Source of the DNA: Candidatus Peregrinibacteria bacterium
Lineage (GTDB): Bacteria; Patescibacteriota; Gracilibacteria; UBA1369
NCBI GenBank assembly: GCA_963708185.1
Contig: OY970195.1
Coordinates: 800,001-864,000 of the forward strand
Direction of reading: 5' to 3'
Length of the DNA stretch: 64,000 nt
Both the position numbers and the translations under genes were made by a program. This document shows, one piece after another, positions 32,701-44,752 of this stretch (its first letter is position 1; the number at the start of each line of letters is the position of its first letter). The notes beneath the pieces are model-generated. The model was not told where the DNA came from. It was given only the letters and a program-made list of their open reading frames with translations, and ran no database searches.

Positions 32701-35700
32701 GCCCAGGTGACCGAACCTCCGGCAGACGTCCAGGTTCCGACGGATTTCGTCTACCTCGACGCTTCACCTTCGCTCATTACTTCCGAAAAACGCGCGAAGG
32801 ACACGACCGATCCGCTGAACGTTCTTGCGCGCGACGACGTCGTCCAGTACACGCTCTCGTTCAAGAACACTGCAAACCACGACCTGAAGAATTTCATGTT
32901 CGCCGACGCATTCCCGGGAAACATGAACATCGACAAGTCCACGATCCAGTGTACGGATTGCGGCACGCAGCAACTGCAGTTCCAGGATACCGGAGAGAGT
33001 GTCCGCCCGTACATCATTTCAGGCTTCGATATCCCTGCAGGAAAGACGCGGACCATCACCTATACCGGCACGGTCGGTAATACGCCGCGCGTCAAAATCA
33101 ACATCGGGACAAACCTTTCACCAAGCATCCCCACAAGCTCGTATCCTATGATCGGCGCGGCACCGGACAACAACGCCAGCGGCAGAATGACGTATTACTA
33201 TGAAACTTCCGTCGATCCCAACACCAAGAAAGTCAATTATCAGAACTACACGACTCCGCCGCCGAAACCGGCAACGGTACCTTCGCCTACTGACGACACA
33301 ACTAAAAAGCTCACCAAGAGTTTCCCCATCACCAACGACCAGTTCGTTGACCTGAACGGCGATAAGATTCCCGACAACATCGCGAACTTCGAACAGTCCC
33401 TGACCAATGACGACAGCGACGGCGACGGCCTTCCGAACCTCTATGACGATCTGAATGGCGGCCTGAATTCGATTGCCGACGCCACCCAGGGCATCCTCGC
33501 AGCATTATCCTGCAGCCAGGGATGCATACCCATGCCGATCAATTTTGCCTTCCTCGCTCCGGGCGTCATCAACGCATTGGGCATTCCTGCGGGGTTCGAT
33601 CCCGGACTGCCGATCTTCGGATGGGGCGTACCGAGTATTATTCCGATCTGGCCGCCGAGCCCGTACCAGGGTTCCGTGGGCGGACGTATCTATCTTTCAC
33701 CGACGCTTACGGCAAGCCTGGGTATGGGAATCTGTCTCGGCCCTTATCTGGCCGGTGCGTGTTTCGCCTTCAAACTGCCCATCGACATGATTCCATCGGG
33801 AGTTTGCGACGCCATCCAGCAGGGCGTCGACGATGCCATGGCCACCGCCAACAATTTCATCAGTTCCAACGGAAATTCCGCCATGGCCGAAAGCGGCCAG
33901 ACCGCCGATTCTGAAGGAAGAAATTCGACGGGAGGCATGAGCGGGAGCACCAACCTGGGCAATTATCAGTACAACGCTTCCGTCTCAACCAATTTCAGGA
34001 TACCGAGTTTCCCCGCGGTGATTACGAAATGGCTTGAAGACCAGACCAATGAGATCGTCAACAAACTGAGCGATCTTCCGGATTTCTATTTCATTTATCC
34101 CGATCCGACGTCGATCGCCGGTGCCTTCGTTCCACAATCCGGAGCGCAACAGACCGGATCATCCGGCCAGAACGCGGCATATCAATTCCCGACCTTCAGC
34201 TCGAAACCGCTGCAGATCGACAAGGTCAATTTCAAGTCCGTGCTGTCTTCTCCGGGAAAACTTTTAAGTTTCCTGAACACGATCCCGCTCATTCAGATCC
34301 AGTCGCAGGAAATCGCCATCAAGATTCCGGCGCTGACTGCGGCCGAAATTGCCAAGGTCAAAGCTGACGCGCAGCAGTGGGTTGAAGACGAACGCAATGA
34401 AGTCAACCGTACGCTGCAGGTGTGGAGCTGCGGATATATCCAACTCGACCAGTCCTGGACCGTTCAAAAATCGCCGAACGCCTCGGCTTCCCAATACCAG
34501 ACCGCGTGCGACAAGCTCATCGTCGACATGAGCAAACTCAAGGACAGCGTCGAAAAAAACATCGACGCCATCCAGAAATACCTTGAACTGCCGCGCAAAA
34601 TCCTGGCTTGGAAAAACATTGCGGCAAAATACCTGTACCAGATCATCTGCTACCTGGATACGATCATGCAGTACACCGGCGGGTACATCAAAAAACAGAC
34701 CTCCCGTATTCTGGCGTGGATCAACATGATCAAACGCATCAGGCAGTTGCTTGAAACGTGGAAACTTATCATCGATCTTATCGTCGATTACCAGGCTTCG
34801 TGCGACCGGTGCAGCTCGGCGAGGTACACCTTACTTCAACTTATTTTACAAATTTTCGCGGCCATACCGTCGCCGCCGATCATACCTTTCCCCAAACTTC
34901 CCGACGTTTACCTTGATGTTTCCCAGATCCAGACGGGCCTGAAAATCCTGTGGCCGGATATCAAATTCATACCAGAGCGGCTCATTTTGCCCCGACTCCC
35001 CCGCATCACGCTTCCGGATTTACCGACGCTCACGCTGCATCTGCCGGCCCTGCCCATCCTGCCCGATCCTCCCGATCTTCCGGAACTTCCGGATCTGCCT
35101 CCGCTCCCGTTGCCGACGCTTCCCGATATTCCAAAACCTCCGAAGATTCCCGATCTTCCGAATGAAATCAAGATAACCCTGGATATTTTAAAGACGATCA
35201 TCAAGATTCTGTGTCTTATCCGCAAGGGACTTATTCCGATTCCGGAACTGAATCTGAAATCGCAGATCGAACAGCTGACGGAACGTCCGCTCACTCCGCT
35301 GATCCCTCTGGATCTTCTGGCAAAACTTCAGATCCCGCCGATCCAGTACGATTACGTGGATCATATTGAAATCAAAACCATCCTTAACCTGTCGCTCGAT
35401 TTCAGTCCGATTTACGATTTCGTCCAGGGCATCGCCGACGTTTGGAACGGACTGACCACCGATTTCGTCGAAAAACTCAACTTTGAATCCAAACAGGCTT
35501 CAGCGGCGGCCGAATCGGTGACCTCTTCGGCAAGCGGCGGACCAGGCGGAAGCGGCGGCAACATCGACATCAACGTTGGAGGAAAATCCAGCGCCCTGAT
35601 GCAACTGCTTGCCGATGTCGCCAACGGTAACGCCGACGACGCCGACCATGTGCTCGACCTGATCGCGACTATGCCGGGCAACGGCCTCAACGACGTGGCA

Positions 35701-38700
35701 AACCTCCTCGCCGACAATTCCCAGGCGCTTGCTGACGTGAAAACGCTTGATATCAACAAGATCGCCCCGGCCAATTTGAAGGGCATGCTCAGCGATCTGG
35801 AAAAGAACGATCCTCTGCTCGGTCATTATCTTGCTGAATACCAAAAGGCCAGCCAGGATATGCAGCAAACGGCGAAAGAGTATGCCGACAACAACAAGAA
35901 TATCGAACAAGACATCCATGTCAGCGCAAGCCAACGTTATCTTTCCAAGGACGATCCTCTGCTCAACCAGTCCATCGACGCCATCAAAGCGCATATTCCT
36001 CTGGAAGATCAGCCGCAGTACGACAGTCAGAAACAGGTCGCCCAACTCCGTGACGCCCTCATCGCCTATACCGACGAAGGAGCCAAACTGGATGCTCAAC
36101 TCGGCGATGCCTCGGGTTATGACGAATCCATGCACGCCCTTGCCGACGCGCACACGTTGAGCGACTACCTGCCCGTGCAAAAAACACAGGACGGCGGCCA
36201 CTTCTATGCCGATGCAGGGGCGACGGACAGTGCGGACAGCTCCACGGGGAATCTCTACGTCGCCGCCGTCAGCGTGGCGAACGATACGTTCCAGTCCTTC
36301 GTCGACGGCGTGAAACAAGATACAAGCAAACAGATCAAACTTCTTGCCGACGCCGGAAACCTTCCCGATGTTCCCCTCACTCCCGGTTCGCAGGGTATGC
36401 CGGTCCAGGCGAAGGGCATTTACATTTTGAATCCTACCCTCGGCGTCAACGAACGCCTCATGGAATACACCGCTGAAGCAGACAGTCCTTCCCAGCTGCT
36501 GTTCCTGGACGTCAACAACGACGGCGACCAGGAGGTCATCTATAGTTATGGCAGCAATATTTACATGAAGGAAAACTACAATAAACCTGCCATAAAAACC
36601 TATTACGGTGGTGTTCCTGAAACCAAATCACTGCTTGATATCGCACCTTCCGCGCCGGCAGTCAACGGTTTCCTCTCCAATTACGTCAACAACAAGAGTG
36701 CCGACATGAGCTGGAGAGCTCCGACGGAAGGAAACGTTTCCGGATATCTGATCACGTACCGGTTGATGCCCGACGCCTTCATTGAAAACATCAGTCCGGT
36801 CCTCCACAGGGTCGCTGTCATTCTCGAACCTGCCGATGCCGCGTCGCCGACCGGAAAAATCAGCGTAAACAAAGGCAGTTATAAACTCAACGGCCAGGAT
36901 CCGAAAGACGATCAGGCCCAGGCCGGTGCCAGCGTGCAGACCCAGGCCGACAGTGAAGTGGTGGTGGATTTCGGTTCGAACGGCAAAGTGACTGTCCCGG
37001 CCAACACGTCAGCTAAGGTTCCGGCCTTGAGCTTCCCGTACCTTACGGCGCAGAACGTCAGCGGAGATATCTATTTTGACGGAAGCGAACGGACGGTGGT
37101 GCTTCCCGGCGGAAACGGTTTCAACGCCACGGCGGGTGAATCCGTCCATGCGTTGAGCGCTTCGCAGTTTACTATTTCAGTGGACGGAACGCCTCAGGCC
37201 CAGTATGACCTTCCCTCCAACGCCATGTTCACGATTCCGAAAGACATCAAAGGCGTCATCAACGTCACCGTGAGCAGTGGTACCGTCGAGGTCATCAATC
37301 CTGAAAAAATCGTCCAGCACCAGAAAGTCGTGAACGGTTTGATGCTCAACGTCGATACCCAGCTGACGACTTCCGGAGGAAGCGCCCGCGTTGTGATGGG
37401 CGACGGTTCCTACGTTCACATTGCTTCGGGCGAAGATCTGCTGTTGAAAAAACTCGATACTCCCGACAAGCCGAACATCCATTTCGACCTTGCCAACGGC
37501 TTTTATTACGCAAAAATCCAGTCATTCGACCATCAGGGCGCACTGAGTACGCCTTCGGCGACGCAACTCATGGCGCCGTCGATTTGCGCCGATAAACAGG
37601 GCCCTCTGCCGAACGGCGGACCGTCGGAACGCACTACCTATATCTTCAAAGCGTTGTCGATCGACGCCAGTAAATCTTTCGATACCAACGGCACCATCAT
37701 TTCCTACTACATCGATACCGATCCGACGACGGACACCGATCATGACGGCGATCCGACCGATGACAAAAACGTCTGCCATGACAACGATCTGACGACCGAT
37801 ACCGACGGCGACGGCATTCCGAACAACGATTGCAGCGATCCGACGTTCAAGCTCGGGCCCTATCCCGATCTGAACGACCGTACCGTTACCCTGAACGTTG
37901 TTGATGAATCGTTGAACCGTTCCCAGCAGAACATCACCATTCACGTGGTGGTCCCGGGTATCCAGCTGAGTGCGGATACGGCTTCCAGCGGCATCGCCAA
38001 GGGAAATCTCGACGTCAAAGAAAGCGACATTCCGGTTGGCCTGATCCGCGACCGCGGTGGCGTCATCACTCCGATCACGACCAAGACCGCCGATGAACAC
38101 GGGAAATACTTCACCGACAGCAACGGCAAATTCCAGGTCTCGGATTTGAATCTCAAAGATACGATCGTCATCAAGAACGACAAGGGCGAAGTCATCGGTG
38201 AAATCGATCCGAAAACCGGACGCATTATTCTCAAAGACCCGAACTACGAGATTCAGGTTCTTCCGGCGGAAGAGCCGCTCCTTCCGACCCGCATCGTGGT
38301 CAAGCAAAAGAGCGACGGCAAAATTATTTCGACGTTGTTCCTGGTTCCGGACCTCAATACGGATACAACGATCGATGATCCGAACCTGGACTACAACAAA
38401 GTCACGACCGCGGTCTTCAAAGGCGTCCATGTGAAAGACGACAATGGCTTCGATAACTTCGAGTTCCGCAAGATTCCGACCGATGATCCGAACTTCCCCG
38501 GAGCCACGGAAATCATCGATACTACGACGAAGAAGCGGGCGGCCATCCTGGATACCGGCGGAAACTTCTATGTTTACGACGACCGTCTGAGCCTGCGTCT
38601 CAAAGATACGGGTGACCTGAGCGATCCGCTGGTGATCGAGATTCTCTTCACCAAGGACGCGTCGACTCCGCCCGCGGTCATCGGAGAGTTCTTCATCGCG

Positions 38701-40392
38701 GTGCACAGCGACAAGGGCGTGCAGATCCTTCCGGAAGAACGCTTCAAGATTTTCGTTTCCGGAGCAAAGAGCAAAGGCCCGCTCTATGACAGCGACAAGG
38801 ACGGTATGCCCGACCAGTGGGAGATCATTTACAGTCTGAATCCGAACGATTCGACCGATGCCCAAAAGGACAGCGACGGTGACGGATTGACCAACCTTGA
38901 AGAGTACCGCGCAGGAACCAATCCGCTCAATCCCGACAGTAACGGTGACGGCATTCCCGACGGTCAGGAACTTTCGATGGGACGAGATCCGTCCAAACCG
39001 GAATCATCACCATTTTCTGACGTGACCAAGGACAATCCGTACTTCCAGAGTATTTTCAATCTCTACCAGCGTCATATTCTTGACGGTATTCCAAGCGGCA
39101 ACCAGCTCGTCCTCGGTGCGAGCGCGCCGATCCCGCGCGATGAGTTCGCCGACATCATGCTCAAGATTTTCTGTATCATTCCGCGTCCGGAAGCCTACCA
39201 GGGTCCGTCAATGTTCACGGATATTCCGTATACACCCGATAATCTGCCGTGGTACTACGCTATCACCAAAGAAGCCGCGTTCCAGGGATTCATCACCGGT
39301 TATAAAGCTGAACTCGATCCCAACACCGGCAAAACCCCGTTCAAGCCCGAAGCCAATATCACCAGGGCTGAAGCGGTCAAAATCATCCTCGAAGCGCTGG
39401 AAAAGAAAGGCGTCATCGACATGGGCAACGTTCCGCTCACCGAGCCTTACTACACACCGTACATCCAGATCGCCCAGGATCTTACGCCGTATCTCAAAGA
39501 CAAATCCAAACTCCATACCACGTTCATTCTTACACCGGACGAAGCCCAAAAACCGGAAGAAATCCTGACCCGTGAAACGTTCATCGCCATGGCCGACCGT
39601 GTCCTTACCGCATACGACTGTTCACTCGTGGATGACGACCACGACGGCATGCCGAGTTACTGGGAACTTCAGCACGGCCTGAATCCGCATGATCCGAGCG
39701 ACGCCAACAAAGATCCGGACGGCGACGGACTGACCAACCTTGATGAATATAAACACGGAACCGATCCGCACAATCCCGATACCGACGGCGGCGGCGTCAA
39801 AGACGGCGAAGAAGTGAAACGCGCCACCAATCCTCTGGATCCCATCGACGATCCGATTGACACCGATGGTGACGGACTCCCGGACAAAGACGAAATCAAC
39901 GTCTATCACACCGATCCCAACAACCCGGATACGGACGGCGGCGGCGTGAACGACGGCACGGAAGTACTCATCAACAATACCGATCCGTTAAACCCCAATG
40001 ACGACAAAGATACCGACGGCGACGGACTTTCCGATTATGAAGAAACCAATAAATACCATACCGATCCGTTCAATCCGGACACTGACGGCGGCGGCATCAA
40101 CGACGGTACCGAAGTGAACCGCGGTACCGATCCGCTCAATCCGAAAGACGATCTTATCGATCCGCGCAGGGATCTCGGCGAAGGTATTTACGTCATCCAG
40201 CCGGAATGTAATACCTGTCCGTGTCCTTCGTCCATTGACCATACCGCCGACATCATTCCGGGAGACAAACTGTTTGCCGTCATCTCCAACGACGACAACT
40301 CGCAGATCTTCAGCAAGAGTAACGTCGTGGAGATCAAGGAGATCCCTCCCGAAAATCCCGTCAACGCACAGGCTCAAGCCCAAAATCCCTAG
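23725..40392 (+). CDS. Giant secreted surface protein (5,555 aa): C25-peptidase-like N-terminus, DxDxDG Ca-binding (TSP3-like) repeats, two SLH blocks, Ig-like, FG-GAP/VCBS, DUF11-like, Pro-rich and PKD-like domains
   Basis: Uninterrupted ORF; signal peptide ending VNA; [22 protein letters not shown] repeats; [21 protein letters not shown]; [37 protein letters not shown]; [16 protein letters not shown]. Confidence 0.92.
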   Translation: MQKYTSQYKKSQRSIASSILFFLAVQMLQIPIVNAAPLVFPQNLSLQADASTNTVAKNHWGVVAIMVDDSLLSDNTTYSGLTASYSTQLKTNNLADRINRYAIDVQSSQEFTKSLIIKVNKNDKVENLTAALEKLWQEGDGTPNEITKLAGVVVIGDVPLPVVNKKGNHFVSMFPYTDFEDKAYIYNAATGEYEPNPDLKFPKQEVWSGVIKAPVDETNAGSDGRQLLATYFDKNHLYHLGVPDFADFNKKMLVADLFNEFKGMNTAAYSSYLRYVAHWEDFIYNRYDKHLAQQFYDEVQQQLKDQGLTDEQLKPKSTCDAQCVIQKNSRNSDFDGDGYSNGYELEVGSNVNGVNVPTDPYSPDSFPIDYSTIPPLPRLNPNPATYQSTDDGSHLDRPDPPTDNSMSDSFKQLPDVQSKQIIDNFVSKYVQLFDKYLGVVNDWTDNTGRYKSSYLDGGGVHRSDVNSLPSLISIKDQYTETYFKMVNDAVEKKIDDIIENNHFYSKIQMLKGAKIKGQITYSSDNSDHGLDNAEFVNFSTHSVGPWDSLFIFGSAIASNFPSGFENIFGPATSIASCMIYRGSNDGSGKNSVMVEGIRTLDPKTAGKPDDNKAYAGCYGNDINHPERCFPTRAELPIFDINGTKEVTQSTVPQSATDYRACFDFKEKTGYQDYENQVDNYISLLNSTDVEEVKAAFVPPGAPYKPADQIVLYDADGVKVTLADVLQKFGRGDGKDNDGDGVVDNAAEGDSKYGIPVNDWKQIGERLLKKNQVYFFDGNPFPGVKSLTLEIDPEAAQDSSSNDVYLDSITYHKEPTNKTIADQLKAGGYTQSLPIDNPRYVTFQDKSSDKTFRKVVYPDVFQATSYDNFVAQLQAKEQELQSIANASGISVNVTGQLSGIVTGSNDIFTDTNKTALLDAGSGDLKDSLSWRDMNIDQKHDYVLSHYLGPNLNPYVEKPQYGYETTYVVSKPVEDPVTKQTSDALALRFNGNYPTEEKDADFLAGQNPPSTPSTSEGGGAGGSGSSDQQSIDDGIDILSWFAYITDWIKQTTTQLSATVSMEPACMVSSDQLGEAIGQVVESSVPSSSGGTGGQLLDKPVKLRVSSSKTALKTAAADTTTITIDGLSASNVLQTDDNNTMVDLVIQKINGKDIALPTSSHPIQLHGGTAAITLQSTNEQGTFTVKAVSPNKPSLTSNTISITSTKNYIRLSTYTTNTGFNFGKITGSGFVVKDSGGNVIAEVDPLTGMVTIKDPGYQLTAFPSNAGKAARLGIQDKTSGTIVASVFFVVDKTKPAVIDDAGTDYFSSYKTLEGVHIQDLNGSDSYTAEKVASDNTSNPDGAYIYEQKGPVKQKVGLVDTLGNIYIDPTFGFQIKTPDKGSDPVVFQITDSGGKALFNIYLAAKYPQIQVIAPEGDFKDFNLVAFEQHLNAVGMSTISGGVGSMLGDKLLGYLGQTAHADTPVSSQQSSTQQTQHVLPDTDHDGLNNMEEIILKSAYKNPDTNGNGTKDGEDVTKGINPIKPGNTPIFTDINPSSEGFSDIIKLYKRGILQGYPDGTFRPDKAITREEFSKIDLGSICIVCEQFRNSVKQAVDLIYETHPFPDTNITPDLLYCVKESKNRNIVSGYTTGPQKGYFVPQANVSRVEALKDLLETARQQSNTSITFTNFPTDGKPWFYNYVLTAQGEKLFPPGRSTQIDHLSPSDFKIWFDQEVQDPNSSFVAWLNRDITRVEFAEMTSRLLDKADCYGDDQDGDGIPDNYEKYFFGTDPTKADTDGGGVNDGDEIASGTNPLDPSDDKKLLDTDKDGLTDYEEINNYHTDPNKADTDGGGVDDGTEVLTNHTNPLDPKDDHLYDGDHDGMPDEWELAHGLNPHDPSDALQDPDGDGLTNLQEYQHGTDPHVADTDGGGVNDGDEVLRGTDPLNKEDDIKNLKSDEGGYIVGDTNRVQENFVYSTPDNTVTTPTSQVDFVDDMPADGNSSLVLRAEVVDDNGDIDKTVNNANIEFKPEKLSNGSYAVIDPTTVKVKAGVAESVIKSTIKAGEYIASAELKGYQIPVVDHSVFVTPLEPAAIQLDADSRNIKNGALSNTMVHARLLDKNGNLTNNDSYKLTFTVDGPGTLDTSKDEDPNTDGVQMTSVTGVYDILLTSQADPGDIHVHASYTPEPDIFAEAKSSTQQTQQGGTQQTATPMAVSDMTVHSRSDLKLLLQSEKSNIPSDFTTLDALNLNVVDGSNNLVSDFSGTAKFTLENSSLGKFAVSPEPDVTNGIAKTVFQPSNIAGKANITVTVAGFDPVTTTITTLPKAAKKIELETSKTSIESTNTSTVDVIAKLYDTDGNFAANDSSTNVTFVLTDDTKAYGTFDGSTTVKAKNGVSKITLRGTDQSGPINLVAKGNNLVTASTSLESLKLFRAQELKDVAPRTLFAALLGSDYGNIFQDNYFGGWFVFSGTTESAVSLLSPPKPHLELANVDANGKITVFDNATLESRVVPGNAANVPTRIVLSNPDTHEDLAEVFTLYKPTPQTKATLLAADGVVSDSQEGIYVQNISKTSDYSMQQVSDGVSILKNGNEAVHIYNSGSIKVVDNGFQLTMLPGDGQKYLSFTVSDGAEDVAQLTAVANFSNDVSFLDTNFNFDTAVSLKSGTYFHMLTGKEMYRQEQSFSGNSSANPRGMALTDTTQDMPKSQAPGFSFISLESSPTEPGVGFTGDNKFMLLFAAGNSVGESNLPYSSEIGVVLGDPTVRINNKVNVSSTGYTKDVGQEIYFGDETIQEITPIDYNGDGLQDLLVAYKDGKVRLLQNNRANPRFVDQGVFLDFPNGIISMTTGDFNKDGLQDLVIATQDSCRTGEVCINEYENHHGNFVLKYLPLQPFTDKNRVFMIRSGDMNNDGYPDLVTSDDTGTIRVFYNNHGEFDPNGQYVGSLGLHIDNTANLKTEVLVAYDGMPVDDPNTTTDDQYFAELPVTKNQSDLTADDKVKLGISGDNSPVLSASDTAALDALQGGKAQVTEPPADVQVPTDFVYLDASPSLITSEKRAKDTTDPLNVLARDDVVQYTLSFKNTANHDLKNFMFADAFPGNMNIDKSTIQCTDCGTQQLQFQDTGESVRPYIISGFDIPAGKTRTITYTGTVGNTPRVKINIGTNLSPSIPTSSYPMIGAAPDNNASGRMTYYYETSVDPNTKKVNYQNYTTPPPKPATVPSPTDDTTKKLTKSFPITNDQFVDLNGDKIPDNIANFEQSLTNDDSDGDGLPNLYDDLNGGLNSIADATQGILAALSCSQGCIPMPINFAFLAPGVINALGIPAGFDPGLPIFGWGVPSIIPIWPPSPYQGSVGGRIYLSPTLTASLGMGICLGPYLAGACFAFKLPIDMIPSGVCDAIQQGVDDAMATANNFISSNGNSAMAESGQTADSEGRNSTGGMSGSTNLGNYQYNASVSTNFRIPSFPAVITKWLEDQTNEIVNKLSDLPDFYFIYPDPTSIAGAFVPQSGAQQTGSSGQNAAYQFPTFSSKPLQIDKVNFKSVLSSPGKLLSFLNTIPLIQIQSQEIAIKIPALTAAEIAKVKADAQQWVEDERNEVNRTLQVWSCGYIQLDQSWTVQKSPNASASQYQTACDKLIVDMSKLKDSVEKNIDAIQKYLELPRKILAWKNIAAKYLYQIICYLDTIMQYTGGYIKKQTSRILAWINMIKRIRQLLETWKLIIDLIVDYQASCDRCSSARYTLLQLILQIFAAIPSPPIIPFPKLPDVYLDVSQIQTGLKILWPDIKFIPERLILPRLPRITLPDLPTLTLHLPALPILPDPPDLPELPDLPPLPLPTLPDIPKPPKIPDLPNEIKITLDILKTIIKILCLIRKGLIPIPELNLKSQIEQLTERPLTPLIPLDLLAKLQIPPIQYDYVDHIEIKTILNLSLDFSPIYDFVQGIADVWNGLTTDFVEKLNFESKQASAAAESVTSSASGGPGGSGGNIDINVGGKSSALMQLLADVANGNADDADHVLDLIATMPGNGLNDVANLLADNSQALADVKTLDINKIAPANLKGMLSDLEKNDPLLGHYLAEYQKASQDMQQTAKEYADNNKNIEQDIHVSASQRYLSKDDPLLNQSIDAIKAHIPLEDQPQYDSQKQVAQLRDALIAYTDEGAKLDAQLGDASGYDESMHALADAHTLSDYLPVQKTQDGGHFYADAGATDSADSSTGNLYVAAVSVANDTFQSFVDGVKQDTSKQIKLLADAGNLPDVPLTPGSQGMPVQAKGIYILNPTLGVNERLMEYTAEADSPSQLLFLDVNNDGDQEVIYSYGSNIYMKENYNKPAIKTYYGGVPETKSLLDIAPSAPAVNGFLSNYVNNKSADMSWRAPTEGNVSGYLITYRLMPDAFIENISPVLHRVAVILEPADAASPTGKISVNKGSYKLNGQDPKDDQAQAGASVQTQADSEVVVDFGSNGKVTVPANTSAKVPALSFPYLTAQNVSGDIYFDGSERTVVLPGGNGFNATAGESVHALSASQFTISVDGTPQAQYDLPSNAMFTIPKDIKGVINVTVSSGTVEVINPEKIVQHQKVVNGLMLNVDTQLTTSGGSARVVMGDGSYVHIASGEDLLLKKLDTPDKPNIHFDLANGFYYAKIQSFDHQGALSTPSATQLMAPSICADKQGPLPNGGPSERTTYIFKALSIDASKSFDTNGTIISYYIDTDPTTDTDHDGDPTDDKNVCHDNDLTTDTDGDGIPNNDCSDPTFKLGPYPDLNDRTVTLNVVDESLNRSQQNITIHVVVPGIQLSADTASSGIAKGNLDVKESDIPVGLIRDRGGVITPITTKTADEHGKYFTDSNGKFQVSDLNLKDTIVIKNDKGEVIGEIDPKTGRIILKDPNYEIQVLPAEEPLLPTRIVVKQKSDGKIISTLFLVPDLNTDTTIDDPNLDYNKVTTAVFKGVHVKDDNGFDNFEFRKIPTDDPNFPGATEIIDTTTKKRAAILDTGGNFYVYDDRLSLRLKDTGDLSDPLVIEILFTKDASTPPAVIGEFFIAVHSDKGVQILPEERFKIFVSGAKSKGPLYDSDKDGMPDQWEIIYSLNPNDSTDAQKDSDGDGLTNLEEYRAGTNPLNPDSNGDGIPDGQELSMGRDPSKPESSPFSDVTKDNPYFQSIFNLYQRHILDGIPSGNQLVLGASAPIPRDEFADIMLKIFCIIPRPEAYQGPSMFTDIPYTPDNLPWYYAITKEAAFQGFITGYKAELDPNTGKTPFKPEANITRAEAVKIILEALEKKGVIDMGNVPLTEPYYTPYIQIAQDLTPYLKDKSKLHTTFILTPDEAQKPEEILTRETFIAMADRVLTAYDCSLVDDDHDGMPSYWELQHGLNPHDPSDANKDPDGDGLTNLDEYKHGTDPHNPDTDGGGVKDGEEVKRATNPLDPIDDPIDTDGDGLPDKDEINVYHTDPNNPDTDGGGVNDGTEVLINNTDPLNPNDDKDTDGDGLSDYEETNKYHTDPFNPDTDGGGINDGTEVNRGTDPLNPKDDLIDPRRDLGEGIYVIQPECNTCPCPSSIDHTADIIPGDKLFAVISNDDNSQIFSKSNVVEIKEIPPENPVNAQAQAQNP
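28960..29490 (+). repeat. Cluster of DxDxDG/DTDGGGV Ca-binding repeats (copy 1)
   Basis: gccga(t/c)accgacggcggcggcgtc occurs three times, alternating with DxDxDGL.D/N..E units. Confidence 0.85.
39630..40160 (+). repeat. Cluster of DxDxDG/DTDGGGV Ca-binding repeats (copy 2)
   Basis: Same units as copy 1, e.g. [38 protein letters not shown]. Confidence 0.85.
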
Positions 40393-40398
40393 TTTTTA

Positions 40399-40407
40399 TG
40401 CTATAAT
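40399..40407 (+). promoter_or_regulatory. Internal extended -10 promoter for the four downstream genes
   Basis: Consensus TGcTATAAT 8 nt before the ATG at 40416. Confidence 0.6.
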
Positions 40408-40415
40408 GTAAGGAT

Positions 40416-41027
40416 ATGAAAAAGCTCATAGACCAATTCAAATTCAAACCGCTCACCCTGACGGTGATCCTGGCGCTGCTGCTTTTTTTCGGCAACTCAT
40501 TCCAACAGACCCAGGCTCAAGTCGCAGGAGGAGGAACCGTCCCTTATCCTTTCCAGAACGCCACCGTAGACACCAATAATCTTTGCGAACCGGAAATGAA
40601 GTCTTTTGCCGACAAAGAACTCGCCAATTTCCGCGATTTTCTGGATACCAACTTTCAGAACAAGAGCGGCACGAGTTCTCTCGTTGACGTCGCCCTGGGG
40701 AAATATCGGGAAATGCGCTCGGAACTTTACACCGCCATCAACAAATACTATCCGAACTTCGGATCGAGCCTGCTCGTCACGGGGCTTCAGTCCAACCAGT
40801 GCGAACAGATCATCGTGCAGACGCTCAATGACGCCAAAACACTTTTAAAGACGCACGCCGTACGAACGTCGGGGGTCAAAAAATCCACGGCTTTGCTTGA
40901 AAAATACCAACAGATCAACGCGGAACTTGCCAACCTCTATCAACAGTTCATTTATATGAAAGCCTATCTGGATACTTTTTCCGGCAAACTGCCGTGCTAT
41001 CCAAAAACAGGCTGCGTCAAAGGATAA
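40416..41027 (+). CDS. Secreted helical hypothetical protein A (four Cys)
   Basis: Signal peptide ending TQA; ends DTFSGKLPCYPKTGCVKG. Confidence 0.8.
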   Translation: MKKLIDQFKFKPLTLTVILALLLFFGNSFQQTQAQVAGGGTVPYPFQNATVDTNNLCEPEMKSFADKELANFRDFLDTNFQNKSGTSSLVDVALGKYREMRSELYTAINKYYPNFGSSLLVTGLQSNQCEQIIVQTLNDAKTLLKTHAVRTSGVKKSTALLEKYQQINAELANLYQQFIYMKAYLDTFSGKLPCYPKTGCVKG

Positions 41028-41029
41028 CC

Positions 41030-41875
41030 ATGAAAAACCATAAACTCACCATCAGTCTTTCACTCCTCATCCTCATCTTCGTGGGGATGTCGGCGCTCGT
41101 TGTCCGCACAAAAGCCCAGGAAGCGTCGAGCCTGAATCCCTATGACGATCCGAATCTTGATGTCGACGGCGTTATTTCGCTCTACCACAACAACATGAAT
41201 ACCACTTTCAACAACTATATTACGTTGATGATGACGAACATCGACAAGAATCCCGACGATCCCGAAGGGAAAGCCGTCGATCAAGACGGCAATCCCCTGA
41301 CGGCCAGCCAGTGCATGGACGATCCGAACAACTACAGCACCTTCTGCGTCGCGGTGAACACACTCGGCGGCAACATCGACAACTGCGTCGCACCTTCACT
41401 TGATATTCCGCTCCCGGAAGACATGCAGAAACTCTGTTCGCTCGGCAGCGATGCTACACCGCTGAAGGGTTATTTGAACTTCGTGGCTGCTTTGAAGCGC
41501 AGGAGTAACCAGATTTTCCAGACGACCCAGCAAAAAAGCGATTACATTGACGCCATGACTTGTCTTGGGTTGCCGAACTCGGTGTGTGATCAACAAACCA
41601 AAGACAAAGCCCAGACCTATTACCAGACGTCGGTGGCGCTCCAGGTCAGCGCCGACCTCACCAAGATCCAGGATGAGATCAGCAAAGCCAAGGATACCCT
41701 TGATCAGACACTCTCCGCCTACGACCAGCTCAAGGTGGCCTGGCCGATTCACAAGAAATACGTCCAGGTTTACGCCGATCTCGAAAAATACCGCGACAAG
41801 ATCGTGGATATCCGCCACCAGACCGATGTGTTCCCGAGTAAATTTATCGACATGACTACCACCGCCTGTCTCTAA
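41030..41875 (+). CDS. Secreted Cys-rich hypothetical protein B
   Basis: ATG 2 nt after the previous stop; signal peptide ending TKA; ends DVFPSKFIDMTTTACL. Confidence 0.8.
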   Translation: MKNHKLTISLSLLILIFVGMSALVVRTKAQEASSLNPYDDPNLDVDGVISLYHNNMNTTFNNYITLMMTNIDKNPDDPEGKAVDQDGNPLTASQCMDDPNNYSTFCVAVNTLGGNIDNCVAPSLDIPLPEDMQKLCSLGSDATPLKGYLNFVAALKRRSNQIFQTTQQKSDYIDAMTCLGLPNSVCDQQTKDKAQTYYQTSVALQVSADLTKIQDEISKAKDTLDQTLSAYDQLKVAWPIHKKYVQVYADLEKYRDKIVDIRHQTDVFPSKFIDMTTTACL

Positions 41876-41879
41876 ACCC

Positions 41880-43667
41880 ATGAAAAAATTCCTCTACACG
41901 ATAGGCTTCCTGATGTTCTGCTCCGCGCTGTTCAGCCCGGTGATAAGCCATACGGCATTCGGGCAGAACGCCAATCCGGTCGCCACCGGTTATGACAGCG
42001 GTTGTACCTTTCCCTGGTTGACCTGCGGAAACTTTTTGAATATTCCCGACGCCGACTGGGGTGCGACCTTCGGTCAGGACGATCCGGCAAAAGTCGGTCA
42101 AAATCTTTACGAGAATATCCTTGAGATGACGCGCGTTTCGCCTGACAAAAAGGCTTTTCAGAATACCGCCGGGGCTTTCGGGTCAACCCAATCCGACATG
42201 TCGAGGATCCTCAACAACGACTTCGGTCCGATTTTGGATAAAAGTCCTTATCTCACCCAGGATCAGGCCATTCAGAAAATGGTCGAAATCCAGCAGAGCT
42301 ACCAGGATGAAAAAGACATTTATGCCATTCAGGCCGATATCGACGCCTCCGTGACGCCGAATGAAATTTTTGAAGACGGAGATACTTCCAATTCCGGCTT
42401 TGATCTCATCAACGACCTCAATAATATTGAAAATATTCTTTTCAAGAAAATGGACCCCATCGACATCGGGGGAAATTTCGACGCAAGCTCGACGAGCGGG
42501 ACGGGAACCGGTGGAGGCTCCGGACCGCAGCCGACGCAAAACGGGACCAAAGCGCCGGGTAACGGACCTTCCTCAGGGCAGACCGGTACAGCGTCGAGTG
42601 CGCTTGGGAGCAGCGGGGGCGGAACGCAGCAGGTTTCTCCCGAGGCTTCCACGTCGGGCCTGGGACAAAAGCCCAGCGCGACGGACAACCCGAACATCTG
42701 TTTTGCCGATACCACCCTGGATAAAGCCCTCAAAGATTTTGAAAACAAGAAAGCCACCGATGCGAACTATAAGGAAACTCCCACCCAGACGCCACCGGCG
42801 GCTAACGCGAACAAAGGGAGCAACGGAAATAACGGCACCGGAGAAAACACCGGAACGGCTCAAAGCGCATCGACCGCCTCGGCGCCTTTCACTTTTAACC
42901 CTCCCGTGACGGCAACGGTTCAGCCGGCTCCCGCCTCGAACTGGCTGACGACGCCTCCATGCAATGATGTCCTCTGCATCCAGGTCAATTTCGTCAAAAA
43001 ACCGGCCTCAGCCTACGTTGATTCCGACAACTGCATCGCCTGCCACGTGGAAAAGATCAATGAAAAACTCAAAGAAACCATTAACCACAGCCTTATTCCG
43101 GGCAAGGCCACCGGAAATCTGCTTGAACCCGGCATCTGTAAACAGGCCACCGCCGATCTCTTCAATACTGTCGGCATGCGTTTTTACGCCGTAGCAAAAC
43201 CCGTGCTCACTCCGACCAACGATGATCTCATTTACGGATCGAGCATGGTCGATGAATGGGACAAGTTCGTGAATACCTACAAACCTTTCCCCTTCTACGA
43301 AAAGAGTGTTCCCGATCCAAGCAATCCAAACGCCGATACCTTTATTCCGAATATTGAAGACAGTGCTGCGAAAGCGGCCGTGGCCTATGCAACTCCTGAT
43401 ACGACGATCGATCAGGTCACGAACAGCATTGACCAACAGGTCCAGGGCCAACAGAAAGCCGTTTCCCAGGCTGTCGCCGTTGCTTCGCCCGCCGTCCAGA
43501 GCGATACCGACAGCAGTTTCTACCAGTCGATCCAGCGCGAACTTGAACAGATGAATTACTACTTCGACAGTTTTCAGAACATTCTCCACCGCCTTCATGA
43601 AAAAGTCGGCGATGTCGATGAAGACCATGCCTGCGCCATCCTCAGCGATATTAAACAATGCCAGTAA
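41880..43667 (+). CDS. Secreted hypothetical protein C with Gly/Ser/Thr linkers and a CIACH motif
   Basis: Signal peptide ending AFG; ends CAILSDIKQCQ. Confidence 0.82.
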   Translation: MKKFLYTIGFLMFCSALFSPVISHTAFGQNANPVATGYDSGCTFPWLTCGNFLNIPDADWGATFGQDDPAKVGQNLYENILEMTRVSPDKKAFQNTAGAFGSTQSDMSRILNNDFGPILDKSPYLTQDQAIQKMVEIQQSYQDEKDIYAIQADIDASVTPNEIFEDGDTSNSGFDLINDLNNIENILFKKMDPIDIGGNFDASSTSGTGTGGGSGPQPTQNGTKAPGNGPSSGQTGTASSALGSSGGGTQQVSPEASTSGLGQKPSATDNPNICFADTTLDKALKDFENKKATDANYKETPTQTPPAANANKGSNGNNGTGENTGTAQSASTASAPFTFNPPVTATVQPAPASNWLTTPPCNDVLCIQVNFVKKPASAYVDSDNCIACHVEKINEKLKETINHSLIPGKATGNLLEPGICKQATADLFNTVGMRFYAVAKPVLTPTNDDLIYGSSMVDEWDKFVNTYKPFPFYEKSVPDPSNPNADTFIPNIEDSAAKAAVAYATPDTTIDQVTNSIDQQVQGQQKAVSQAVAVASPAVQSDTDSSFYQSIQRELEQMNYYFDSFQNILHRLHEKVGDVDEDHACAILSDIKQCQ

Positions 43668-43669
43668 TT

Positions 43670-44713
43670 ATGAAACACCTTCGCAATCTCATCATCGTAC
43701 TGATCCTTTCGACCGTGACCCTGACAACGCTCGGCGGGAACGTTCAGGTCGTCCGCGCCCAGACCGGCGATGTTTCCGGCAACGGCGGCGCCGTGTACTG
43801 CCGCAACGGTGCGCGCGATTACGGCAATTTCCTTTCCGCGGTCATCAGCTACAACGGTTTCGTGGAATACTGGAAAGACATCCTCGTCCGCTACAACGCG
43901 AACATGTGTCTCTACCTGGACATCGACAGCCTTTTGACCCGCATCGACAAAGCGCGCCAGCTCATCCGCAACGCTTTCTACAATTGCGATTCCAATGCTC
44001 AGAAACTGGCCAAAACCTACTATCAGCTCGACGCCGAACTTTTCTTTTTGAGAAATTACGTCGACGTTTCCAACGGCAACATTCTCATCAAATCCGAAAA
44101 AGGGGTAACGAACGATTTCATCAGTTACTACGTGAACGACAAAGGGTTTTTCACCACCGACGAGGCACAGACACTGCTCCAGCAGTTCATCAGTAAATAT
44201 CAGGCCCGCATGGATTCTTACCTCAACTGCCAGGACCCTACCTGGGGCAACCTCATTGCCAAATGGAACGAATTCAAATCCAACCTCGGAGGATTTACCG
44301 CGGTCCAGGAGTCCGTGGAGCAGATCAATAAATCATGGGATAACGCCATCAATACTCCGTTCAAACGGACGGGAGGACTACTTGGCGGCCTTCTTGACGT
44401 TAAAATCAACGACCTGGATCCGGCAACGGCATGGAGCGACATCTCCACGCAGCTCAAAAACAACTCTCCGTCCGGTTTCACCTTTAATCAGTTCCAGGCG
44501 GCACAAACGGCTGATGCCGCCTACCATGATGACGTTTTGAGCCGCACGACGTACTTAGGACAGTACCAACAGCTTTACCAAAACGGAACCGCTGACATTA
44601 CGCAGGCCATCATCGACCGTGTGAACTATCTTGATAACTCCATCGTCGGAACGTACGACTATATCGACAAAACCGCCCAGTGCACCAAGGGCATTGTTGA
44701 AAAAGTGTGTTAA
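43670..44713 (+). CDS. Secreted helical hypothetical protein D
   Basis: ATG 2 nt after the previous stop; signal peptide ending VRA; six Cys; ends CTKGIVEKVC. Confidence 0.82.
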   Translation: MKHLRNLIIVLILSTVTLTTLGGNVQVVRAQTGDVSGNGGAVYCRNGARDYGNFLSAVISYNGFVEYWKDILVRYNANMCLYLDIDSLLTRIDKARQLIRNAFYNCDSNAQKLAKTYYQLDAELFFLRNYVDVSNGNILIKSEKGVTNDFISYYVNDKGFFTTDEAQTLLQQFISKYQARMDSYLNCQDPTWGNLIAKWNEFKSNLGGFTAVQESVEQINKSWDNAINTPFKRTGGLLGGLLDVKINDLDPATAWSDISTQLKNNSPSGFTFNQFQAAQTADAAYHDDVLSRTTYLGQYQQLYQNGTADITQAIIDRVNYLDNSIVGTYDYIDKTAQCTKGIVEKVC

Positions 44714-44752
44714 AACATCGTTTTTCAATTTTAACAAGTCCCACTTGGGATT

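Noticed and set aside
37522-38865. 447-aa antisense ORF and other long shadow ORFs (e.g. 5244-6140, 10178-11017, 12858-13751, 25408-26364)
   Set aside because: They lie opposite well-supported genes, have no motifs, and are expected from codon bias
28960-40160. Recurrent accgacggcggcggcgtc units as a possible CRISPR array or DGR repeat
   Set aside because: They are in-frame coding repeats with synonymous variation; no cas or reverse transcriptase gene is present
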